Below the pieces are notes generated by a model. The model worked only from the letters and a program-made list of their open reading frames with translations. It was not told the origin of the DNA and searched no databases. A stretch of 64,000 bases of DNA from a virus, in the IMG/VR virus record IMGVR_UViG_3300034008_000032; one strand, written 5' to 3'. The stretch's first letter is position 1; the number at the start of each line of letters is the position of its first letter. A program made the translations under genes and the position numbers. This document shows positions 17,898-26,153 of the stretch, piece by piece.

Positions 17898-18671
17898 ATG
17901 GCCATCCCCACCCGCGTCGCGCTTGGCGCCACCACACTGGCCCGCAAGTGGGCACTGGACGTCGACATCAACTACGGCCTCGGCGCCCCCATCTGGACGG
18001 GACTGTTCGGGCTGACTGAGTTCACCCCGGCCGGCACGCCCGGGCTGCAAGCGGACTCTGACTACGACAGCGCCGGGTACACGTCCAGCACCGTCACCAC
18101 GCAGGAGTGGTCCATCACGGCCACCATGCGCCGCGGTGTCATCGCCGCCCTTCCGTCCTCGTATGACGTGGGCCAGGAGTACCTGCGCAACCGGTCCCGG
18201 AACATGGGCCCGTCCAACACGGCGCACGTCCGCTACTACGAACTCAACGGGGCCACCGGGCCCAAGGCTGAGGCGTACGAGGGCTATGCGGCGGTGCAGT
18301 ACACCAACAACGGTGGCGGCCCGGACGCGCTCTCCACGGCCGGGCTGACGCTGACCGGGCAGGGTGTGCTGCTGCCCATCACGCACCCCAACGACACCCC
18401 GCTGGGTGCGCCGGTGGTGTCCGGGGTGCTGCCCACCACCACGGGTGTGGCCGGCGGCGGCCTCATTCTGGTGACGGGGGTGAACTTCTCCACCGCCACC
18501 GCTGTGACCATCGGCGGCACCGCCGTGGCGGCAGCGGACTGGGAGCCGGTCAACGACACCAACCTGGCACTGAAGGCGGTGGCGAGGACGGCCGGGCAGT
18601 ACGACGTCGTCGTGACCGGCCCCGGCGGTGCGTCGGCGGCCAGCGCCGCGTCCAAGTTGACGTACGCGTAG
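17898..18671 (+). CDS. major tail protein with C-terminal IPT/TIG (Ig-like) domain
   Basis: LARKWALDVD...DSDYDSAGY...GQEYLR; C-terminal P.VSGV.P.TG..AGG..I.VTG.NF. Confidence 0.85.
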   Translation: MAIPTRVALGATTLARKWALDVDINYGLGAPIWTGLFGLTEFTPAGTPGLQADSDYDSAGYTSSTVTTQEWSITATMRRGVIAALPSSYDVGQEYLRNRSRNMGPSNTAHVRYYELNGATGPKAEAYEGYAAVQYTNNGGGPDALSTAGLTLTGQGVLLPITHPNDTPLGAPVVSGVLPTTTGVAGGGLILVTGVNFSTATAVTIGGTAVAAADWEPVNDTNLALKAVARTAGQYDVVVTGPGGASAASAASKLTYA

Positions 18672-18685
18672 CACGCCCACAGACC

Positions 18686-18722
18686 GTGGGCGGGGGGATA
18701 CCTGGCTGGTCCCCCCGCCCAC
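18686..18722 (+). terminator. hairpin after the major tail gene
   Basis: GTGGGCGGGGGGA-N11-TCCCCCCGCCCAC, 13-bp stem. Confidence 0.7.
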
Positions 18723-18795
18723 GTCACACCCTGCAGCCAGGACCGGCGTTACACGATTTGCGTAACGCACCACCCCACAGCCAGGGAGACACAGC

Positions 18796-19461
18796 ATGAC
18801 CGACGACACACCCGCAGCCGACGAGGTACTGGCGCAAATCCGCAGCCTCAAGATGGTCCCCGAGCAGCCCGCAGTCGAGGGGCAGGTGCAGACCGCACCC
18901 CTCGAGGTGGACGGCTTCGAGGACCTCGATTCGTTCTTCGATGACAGCCTGGCCCTGCCCATCCGCGGCAAGGTGTACCGCATCCCGCCAGCGGACCCCA
19001 TGCTGGGGCTGCTGTGCAGCCGCCTCATTCTGGCCGGCGACCAGGCAGCGAACGGTCAGCGCATCGACGCCAGCACCAAGGCGGTGCTGGACGACGCCGA
19101 GGAGACGGACCTGTACATGCGGCTGCTGGGCCATACCCCAGACGCACCCGACTACAGCCCGGACCGTGACGTGTGGCAGCAGATGCACGATGACGGGCTG
19201 GACTGGCAGCGCATCCAATTCGTGGGCGCCACCGCCATGATTTGGACGGGTGTGGGTAAGGCTGCAGCGCAGGCGTTCTGGAAGTCAGGTGCCCGCCCAA
19301 AAGCCTCGGAAGCACCGACGCCACCAAGGCAACCGCAGGACCGCAAGGCCAAGGGTTCGGGGAAGTCGGGCCGTCCGGGCTCCACCGCTGGTACGACGAG
19401 CCGCAAGAGGCGTCAGGGGACCACTACCAGTGGGGGGACATCCTCCGATGCTGGCGACTAG
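18796..19461 (+). CDS. tail assembly chaperone (G)
   Basis: Lies between the major tail gene and the TMP; LALPIRGKVYRIPP. Confidence 0.8.
   Translation: MTDDTPAADEVLAQIRSLKMVPEQPAVEGQVQTAPLEVDGFEDLDSFFDDSLALPIRGKVYRIPPADPMLGLLCSRLILAGDQAANGQRIDASTKAVLDDAEETDLYMRLLGHTPDAPDYSPDRDVWQQMHDDGLDWQRIQFVGATAMIWTGVGKAAAQAFWKSGARPKASEAPTPPRQPQDRKAKGSGKSGRPGSTAGTTSRKRRQGTTTSGGTSSDAGD
19296..19302 (+). other. -1 ribosomal slippery site C CCA AAA
   Basis: XXXYYYZ heptamer in the correct phase; the -1 frame stays open to 19685. Confidence 0.75.
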
Positions 19462-19685
19462 TGGAGGCGGACCTGGCCGACCATGGCGTAGACATGGAGG
19501 ACCGGGCCATGCTGCGCCGGCGCACCTACCGCTGGCTGCGGTGCCGCATCGAGGGGTTGCTGTCCATTCCGCCGGTGCTGACGTGGACGCCGGACGGGGA
19601 CGCGGTGTGGGTACAACAGACCCGGCTGGGACTGTACTTGGACCCGCCTGATTTCAACCCGCGCGGAGGCCAGCCCCGCACCTGA
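19302..19685 (+). CDS. tail assembly chaperone frameshift extension (T)
   Basis: -1 frame reads ...QWGDILRCWRLVEADLADHGVDM...RTYRWLRCRIEGLL, typical of actinophage GT. Confidence 0.75.
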   Translation, partial: SLGSTDATKATAGPQGQGFGEVGPSGLHRWYDEPQEASGDHYQWGDILRCWRLVEADLADHGVDMEDRAMLRRRTYRWLRCRIEGLLSIPPVLTWTPDGDAVWVQQTRLGLYLDPPDFNPRGGQPRT

Positions 19686-19715
19686 CAGCAACAGAGAGGA
19701 GGTGACGCACAATGC

Positions 19716-20273
19716 TCACTTGCGCTGACGCGACTTGCGGCATCGTGCGTTACTGCATGCCCGGCATGCCCGGGACGTCGACCCGTTTGGGTGGACCCTC
19801 ACCACGGTGTTGGCTGCATCAAACGGGTGCCCGTACTTGCAGTGCGTTCTACGCGCATTCACTGCTGAAGGTCCGCTCGATGAACGCAGGACGTTGCTGC
19901 GCTGGCTGGACCCGCGCAGGTGGTCAGGGTTGCTGCACAGGGGGGTGTCGCACTCATAGTGGTCAACTACCTCGCCCGGCAATAGTGGACGTACATGGTG
20001 CTCGTATGACCAGCGGTGCACCTGGGTGCGCTTCCCGTCCACATGGAAGCGCGCATAGCCCTTGTTGCTCACGTCCGAGCCTGTCCACAGCCAGCAGCCA
20101 GTGTCAGGGTCAATGTGTATGTGGGCGCGATATCGCTCCTCGACTGTCCCGCCCGTGGCGCCGGTGTGCGCTGTGTCACCGTGCTTCTTCCAGCGGAGGT
20201 AATGCATGCCGCACATGCCCTGCCCGCCGCCGCTGGGCTTCTGACAGTCAGGCACCTTGCATGGACTCCGCAT
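19716..20273 (-). CDS. HNH homing endonuclease
   Basis: CWLWTG...GYARF...VHRWSY...VVDH.C...CSNPDHL...N; THCKYGH C-terminus. Confidence 0.9.
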   Translation of the reverse strand: MRSPCKVPDCQKPSGGGQGMCGMHYLRWKKHGDTAHTGATGGTVEERYRAHIHIDPDTGCWLWTGSDVSNKGYARFHVDGKRTQVHRWSYEHHVRPLLPGEVVDHYECDTPLCSNPDHLRGSSQRSNVLRSSSGPSAVNARRTHCKYGHPFDAANTVVRVHPNGSTSRACRACSNARCRKSRQRK

Positions 20274-20301
20274 GCGGAAACTTTACCGCACGGGAGGCAT
20301 T

Positions 20302-23300
20302 GTGCTCGACTTAGGTGAGTTGTCTGCCCGGGTGGTGGTGGACGACAGCGGCATGCCTGCTGGGCTGTCACGTGCGCACCGCCGCTTCGGTCTATTCGGG
20401 CGTCAGGTCACCACAGAGGCCGGCAGGTCAGGCACCGCAGCCGGTGCTGCGCTAGGAACGCAGTTCAGCAGCGCAGCCCGCACCCATGTGGGTCGGGCGG
20501 CGTCCGGCATCAGCGGCATGCTGGGTGGGGCACTGGGCACCATCGGCCGTTTTGGCGGGGCTGGTGTGGCTGCGCTGGGCGCTGTGGGCGCGGCCGGACT
20601 GGGCATGGGTGTGCAGGTGGCGGCCGGCAACGAGACCGCCCAGATTGCGTTTACCACCATGCTGGGGTCCGGAGAGAAGGCTGAGGCGTTTCTGACCCGG
20701 CTGAAGGACTTTGCGGCCACTACCCCCTTTGAGTTCCCTGAGTTGCAGACCGCGGCCAGCAGCCTCATCTCAGCCGGCATTGAGGCCGACAAGGTCATTC
20801 CCATCATGACCAACCTGGGCAATGTGACCAGCGGCATGGGCACTGGGGCCGAGGGTGTGAAGCGCGCCACCGTGGCGCTGCAGCAGATGAACGCCGCCGG
20901 CAAGATCACAGGCGAGGACCTGAACCAGTTGAGGGACGCCGGCATCCCGGTGTATGACCTGCTGGCGAAGGCCACCGGCAAGTCCAAGAAGGAAATCGCG
21001 GCGCTGGCACAGGCAGGCAAACTAGGCAAGACTGAGTTGGACGCCATGATGCAGGCGTTGGCGGGGCCGGCCGCGCAGGCTGGGTTGGAGCGCTTCGACG
21101 GGCTGATGGCGAAGCAGTCAGCGTCACTGGCTGGTATGTGGTCCACCGTCAAGGACACGCTGGGGCAGGGGCTGGCCACCGCCATCGCCCCCCTCATTCC
21201 CATGCTGAAAGACGGGCTGGGGGGTGCGTCAGCGTTCCTGGGCAGGCAGTTGGAGAAACTGCCCGGCATTCTGACCGGCATCACGGACGGCGCTATGGCG
21301 TTCGGGCGGTCCGATGCGTGGGGGACCATCAAGTCCGTAGCGGTCGGTGTGTTCGGGGCGGTCCGTGACGGCGCCGCTGCGGTGCCTGGGCTGCTGCGGC
21401 AGGGCCAGGATGCCCTGGACCGCTTCGGGCGGTCTGAGACGTGGGCGGCCATCAAGGAGGCCGGTGGCGGCATTGGGCGGGTGCTGCGCGATGATGTGCT
21501 GCCGTTCCTGCTGTGGTTGAAGGACACCGGGGTGCCTGCGGTGGCTGCGGTGGTCGAGTGGATGGCCCGCTGGCGTGGCGTGCTGACTCCTGTGGGTGTG
21601 GCGCTGGGCATCTTCGGGGTGGGGCTGGGCGCCACCGCCATCCAGATGCAAATCATGGCGGCCGGCGGCTTCCTGAAGTGGCTGGGGACCCTGGCCGCCA
21701 CCACTCGCATAGGCGCGGCTGCGCAGTGGGCGCTGAACGTGGCCATGACCGCGAACCCCATCGGGCTGGTGGTCATCGCCATAGCCGCACTGGTGGGCGG
21801 CCTCATCTACGCCTACAAGCACAGCGAGCGCTTCCGCGAGATCGTCAACGCAGTGTTCGGCTGGCTGGGCCGGGAGGTGCCGGCAGCATTCGGCCGGGTC
21901 CGTGACGCCATAGTGGGTGACTGGAACAAGATCACCGGCAAATTCCGGGACGCCAAGGACTGGGTGGTGGGCACCTGGAAGAAGCACTGGGATGTGGTGC
22001 TGGCTGTCCTGCTGGGCCCCATTGGGTTGGGCGTGCTGGCGGTGTCCCGCAACTGGGACAAGATCACCGGCCAATTCTCGCGGTCCAAGGACTGGGTGGT
22101 GGGTGCCTGGCGCAAGGACTGGGCTGGTGTGGGGCCCGCCATTGGTGGGGCGGTGGGGCGCGGCAAGGACGCGGTGGTGTCTGACTGGAACGACATCACC
22201 CGCAAGTTCACGTCCGCGAAGAACTGGACGGGCAGCACGTGGCGTAAGGGCTGGTCTGCTGTGTCCGGCTGGATGTCGTCTGCGGTCACGTCCGGGCAGC
22301 GGGCGTCGGGGCGTGCCATGGACGCTGTGCAGGCGGACCTGGGCGCGCTGCGTAAGTGGGCGGGCAGCACGTGGCGGCGCGGCTGGTCAGCGATCTCCGG
22401 CTGGATGTCGAGTTCGGTTAGGGCCGGCAGGGACGCAGCGAACCGCAGCCTGGACAACGCACAGTCTGACCTGGGGGCGCTGCGCGCGTGGGCTGGTGGG
22501 ACGTGGCGGCGCGGCTGGTCCGCTATCCGCAGATGGATGTCGGACCCGGTGGGCAGCGCCCGTGACGCGGTGACCAACATTTTGGGCACCAACGACAAGA
22601 CGGGGCTGCGGGGCCGGCTGTCCGGCTTCATTTCCGCCGCCGGCCGCATCTGGGACGGGCTGCGCGCCAAAATGAAGGCGCCCATCACAGCCGTCATCGG
22701 CATCGTCAACAGCGGCCTCATCGGTGCCTACAACTGGGTGATCGACAAACTGAAAATCGGTGGGCGGCTGTCACCCATCTCCATCAAAGGCTTCAAGGGC
22801 GGTGGGCCCACCGGCAGTGGCATGTCCGATGATGAGGTGGCGGGGGTCACCCACGCACACGAGCATGTGTGGACTGCGGACGAGGTGCGGAAGGCTGGCG
22901 GGCACCGGCCCATTGAGGCGCTGCGGCGGGCTGTCCGTGCAGGGCTGCGGCTGCCCGGCTACTTCCTGGGCGGCGGCGTCAACCCGCTGCCCGGTGCGTC
23001 GTGGTCGCAGCACAAATCCGGGTATGGCTTCGCGCGGTGGGCTGGTGACGGCAACAAGCCCGGCGACTTCGGGGCGCTGGTGAAGGCGTACAAGGATGGG
23101 GTGGTGGCCAGCGTCCGCACCCTGACCGGCTCGTACGGCAAGCACGTGTGGATCAACCACGGCAGGGAGAGGTCCCTGTACGCGCACCTGTCGTCGTTCC
23201 TGGTGAAGGCCAGGGACCGGGTGCGCGGCGGCGACAACGTGGGCAGGGTGGGGTCCACCGGCAACAGCACCGGGCCCCACCTGCACTTCGAACTGCGGGG

Positions 23301-24249
23301 CGGCAGCGGGCCACTGTCTGCGGTGGGTGACGCCATAAAGGGTGCGGTGGGCGCCCTGACTGAGCGGGTGAAGGCGTCATGGCTGGGTAAGTTCGCTAAC
23401 CCTGCGGACCTGCTGCGGGACCGTGCATCGAAGGCTATGGCGCAGGCCGGGCTGGGTGGGCTGGGCGCCAGCGGCTGGGGTGGTGTGGTGCGGCGCGTGC
23501 CGGGGCTGCTGCTGGATAAGGCGGTGGACAAGGCTAAGGGGTTCGCAGAAAACCTGTGGACCGACATCAGGTCTGTGGTGTCGAAGTCGTCGGCTGGCTC
23601 CACCCGAGGGCTGGGGCCGCGCGCAAGGGCGGCGCGGGCGTACACCACAGACCGTTGGGGCATCACCAACATCGGCGGCTTCTCGTACCGCAACATCGCC
23701 GGCACCCGCACCCTCTCCAAGCACGCCATCGGCAAGGCCATTGACATCATGACCAGCAATGTGGCGTTGGGAAACGAAATCGCCGGCTACTTTGCAGGGT
23801 CCGGCCGCGGGAAGTTCGGTGTGGACAACGTGATTTGGCGGCGCCGCATCCACAACGCCGGCCGTGGCGGCTGGGGCAGTTACCGCGGGGTCAACCCGCA
23901 CTATGACCACGTGCACGTCGACTTCTACAAGAGGGGCGGCGCGGTCCGCCAACGCGGCTACGCAGCCGGCACACAGTCCGCCGCGCCCGGGTTTGCCTGG
24001 ACCGGCGAGAAGGGTGCTGAGTTGGTGCTGAACCCGCAGTTGCGCAGGTACAGCGGCGGCGAGCGGGTGCTGACAGGCAGCCAGACGCGGCGGGCCATGA
24101 CCGGGCAGGGCGGTGCGGGCGGCACTGACAGCCGGCCGTACATCGGCAGCCTGACGCTGCAGTCATCCGGTAACTTGCACAGGGACCTGGATGAGGTCAT
24201 GTTCCGGGTCCGCAGCACCACCAGAGGGGGCGTGTATGCGCAGCGGTGA
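20302..24249 (+). CDS. tape measure protein with M23-like and M15-like peptidoglycan hydrolase domains
   Basis: GGGAGG SD; tape_meas N-terminal FAATTPFE; Trp-rich repeats; YAHL...GSTGNSTGPHLHF; SKHAIGKAIDI...HYDHVHV. Confidence 0.92.
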   Translation: MLDLGELSARVVVDDSGMPAGLSRAHRRFGLFGRQVTTEAGRSGTAAGAALGTQFSSAARTHVGRAASGISGMLGGALGTIGRFGGAGVAALGAVGAAGLGMGVQVAAGNETAQIAFTTMLGSGEKAEAFLTRLKDFAATTPFEFPELQTAASSLISAGIEADKVIPIMTNLGNVTSGMGTGAEGVKRATVALQQMNAAGKITGEDLNQLRDAGIPVYDLLAKATGKSKKEIAALAQAGKLGKTELDAMMQALAGPAAQAGLERFDGLMAKQSASLAGMWSTVKDTLGQGLATAIAPLIPMLKDGLGGASAFLGRQLEKLPGILTGITDGAMAFGRSDAWGTIKSVAVGVFGAVRDGAAAVPGLLRQGQDALDRFGRSETWAAIKEAGGGIGRVLRDDVLPFLLWLKDTGVPAVAAVVEWMARWRGVLTPVGVALGIFGVGLGATAIQMQIMAAGGFLKWLGTLAATTRIGAAAQWALNVAMTANPIGLVVIAIAALVGGLIYAYKHSERFREIVNAVFGWLGREVPAAFGRVRDAIVGDWNKITGKFRDAKDWVVGTWKKHWDVVLAVLLGPIGLGVLAVSRNWDKITGQFSRSKDWVVGAWRKDWAGVGPAIGGAVGRGKDAVVSDWNDITRKFTSAKNWTGSTWRKGWSAVSGWMSSAVTSGQRASGRAMDAVQADLGALRKWAGSTWRRGWSAISGWMSSSVRAGRDAANRSLDNAQSDLGALRAWAGGTWRRGWSAIRRWMSDPVGSARDAVTNILGTNDKTGLRGRLSGFISAAGRIWDGLRAKMKAPITAVIGIVNSGLIGAYNWVIDKLKIGGRLSPISIKGFKGGGPTGSGMSDDEVAGVTHAHEHVWTADEVRKAGGHRPIEALRRAVRAGLRLPGYFLGGGVNPLPGASWSQHKSGYGFARWAGDGNKPGDFGALVKAYKDGVVASVRTLTGSYGKHVWINHGRERSLYAHLSSFLVKARDRVRGGDNVGRVGSTGNSTGPHLHFELRGGSGPLSAVGDAIKGAVGALTERVKASWLGKFANPADLLRDRASKAMAQAGLGGLGASGWGGVVRRVPGLLLDKAVDKAKGFAENLWTDIRSVVSKSSAGSTRGLGPRARAARAYTTDRWGITNIGGFSYRNIAGTRTLSKHAIGKAIDIMTSNVALGNEIAGYFAGSGRGKFGVDNVIWRRRIHNAGRGGWGSYRGVNPHYDHVHVDFYKRGGAVRQRGYAAGTQSAAPGFAWTGEKGAELVLNPQLRRYSGGERVLTGSQTRRAMTGQGGAGGTDSRPYIGSLTLQSSGNLHRDLDEVMFRVRSTTRGGVYAQR

Positions 24250-24252
24250 CAC

Positions 24253-25161
24253 GTGCTGAACGGGCAGTGGCGCCTCGACTACCCGGGGACCTCGTTTGCG
24301 TTCGGCGGCTGGGATCCTGCCGCTAACCCGTTCCGGCTGCCTGGCCCCATTGGGCTGCGGGCAGCCCCCGTGGTTGGTGACGTGGAAATCGCCACGGACG
24401 ACACAGCCCGGCCGCGCACTGACGGGTACGCCATGGGCGCGGACTACCGGGGTGGGCGAACCGTAGGGTTCAGCCTGGCGTGCAGGGCGTCATCTGAGGG
24501 TGATGTGTTGGCGTTGGCCAGCACTGTGGCGACGGCGTGGCGCGGTGACACCATCCGGCGGGTGCCTGGCGCGTACGCCAGCCTGGCCACCGAGAACGCA
24601 GGACGGCAGCGCATGCTGTTCGGGCGGCCCCGCAGGTTCGTGCTGAACGACGACTTCCGTAAACAGGGGCTAGTCACCATCGAGTGCGACTTCCAGACCA
24701 TGGACGACCGCTTCTACGCCCACGACGACACAGGCATATCGCTGGCGCTGGTAAACACCCCCACGACCGGAATCGTGTTCCCGGCTACCGCGCCCATCAC
24801 CACCACAGCCACCACCGAGACGCCCGGCAGCATCGTGGTGGGCGGAGAACTGCCGGTGTGGCCAGTGGTGTCCATCAGGGGCCCGATCACCAACCCGGTG
24901 GTGACGGTGGCGGGGCAGTGGTCACTGTCGCTGGCCATGACCATCATCGCTGGGGCAACCATCACCATTGACACGCGCCCGTGGGTGCGGTCTGTGACGT
25001 CGAATGCTGGCTCGTCGTGGGCCGGCTACCTGACACGCCAGTCACGCATGGACCGCTCCAGCCTCAACCCCGGCGCTTACGCTGTAACCCTGGCAGGCGT
25101 TGACAACACTGGTCTGTCCAGTACGCAGTTCTCGTGGCGTCACGCCTACGCAGGACTATAG
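24253..25161 (+). CDS. distal tail protein (Dit)
   Basis: Follows the TMP; GGELPVWPVVSIRGPITNPVV; IDTRPWVRSV. Confidence 0.8.
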   Translation: MLNGQWRLDYPGTSFAFGGWDPAANPFRLPGPIGLRAAPVVGDVEIATDDTARPRTDGYAMGADYRGGRTVGFSLACRASSEGDVLALASTVATAWRGDTIRRVPGAYASLATENAGRQRMLFGRPRRFVLNDDFRKQGLVTIECDFQTMDDRFYAHDDTGISLALVNTPTTGIVFPATAPITTTATTETPGSIVVGGELPVWPVVSIRGPITNPVVTVAGQWSLSLAMTIIAGATITIDTRPWVRSVTSNAGSSWAGYLTRQSRMDRSSLNPGAYAVTLAGVDNTGLSSTQFSWRHAYAGL

Positions 25162-25175
25162 GAAGAGGTAACAAA

Positions 25176-26150
25176 GTGCCCTGGGATCCAGTACCTTATG
25201 TGATTGGTAACGGCGCGCAGCACTCCGAAGGGGTGTTCCGCCTGGTCGGCTACAACGCCCTGAACGGCAACGAGGGCGTGCTGGGCACCAACGACCTACG
25301 GGTGACAGCCCTGGGCACCCCGGGCGCTGCTGTGAACGTCGGTGTGGGCGCCTGCAGCATGCTGGGCCGCGGGGCCAGCCAGGTAGCCGAGATGTACGCG
25401 GCGCGCATGTTGACCACAGACACTGTGGCTATCGCAGCAACTGGTGCAGGCGCTGGCCGATCCGATTTGGTCATTGGCCGCATCGAGGACCCCAACATCA
25501 GCGGGTCCGGCTGGGGCGCCCCTGGCGTGCTGGCCACCGGCCCGTACGTCTTCACCCGGGTCATCAGCGGGGTTCCGAACACCACCACCGACGTGACCCA
25601 GTTGAACCTGGGATACACCGCGGTCACCCTGGCCCGCATCGACCTGCCCGTCAACACGGCTGCCATCACCCAGTCGATGATTGTGGACCTGCGGAAAATC
25701 GCCAACCCGCGGCGCGACTCCCGGCTGTACACAGCCAACCCGGGGCTGGTGTACAACCTGACCAGCGCGTCGTTTGTCAACTGGTTCGGGCAGTGGGCTA
25801 TCCCGGTGCCGGTGTGGGCCACCCGGGCGGTGCTGGTGGTGACGGTCGGCGGCGCCAGAATTGATCGAGTGTCCGCGTCCGTCAACGGCAACGCGTTCGG
25901 GCAGATACGGGCGGTGCTTGGGTCAGCGGTCACACAGGGCGCCGGCTACGACCTGGACGCGGTGGCGCAGACCTCGGTGTCCCGGTGGACACTGAACGCC
26001 GGCGACACCGTCGCCATCCCGTCCAGCATGCGCGGCACCACACAGACGTTGGCCATTCAGGGGCTGAAGTCTGGTGGCACCAAGAACCTATACGCAGACA
26101 CCAGCACCTTCGCCTCGGTGAGCGTCGAGTTCCAAGAGTCTGCGACGTAG
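25176..26150 (+). CDS. minor tail protein
   Basis: GGAAGAGG SD; GVLGTNDLRV...RSDLVIGRIEDP...VTLARID. Confidence 0.75.
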   Translation: MPWDPVPYVIGNGAQHSEGVFRLVGYNALNGNEGVLGTNDLRVTALGTPGAAVNVGVGACSMLGRGASQVAEMYAARMLTTDTVAIAATGAGAGRSDLVIGRIEDPNISGSGWGAPGVLATGPYVFTRVISGVPNTTTDVTQLNLGYTAVTLARIDLPVNTAAITQSMIVDLRKIANPRRDSRLYTANPGLVYNLTSASFVNWFGQWAIPVPVWATRAVLVVTVGGARIDRVSASVNGNAFGQIRAVLGSAVTQGAGYDLDAVAQTSVSRWTLNAGDTVAIPSSMRGTTQTLAIQGLKSGGTKNLYADTSTFASVSVEFQESAT

Positions 26151-26153
26151 CCG

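Noticed and set aside
21900-22560. Trp-rich repeats of about 40 aa in the TMP
   Set aside because: Ordinary tape-measure periodicity
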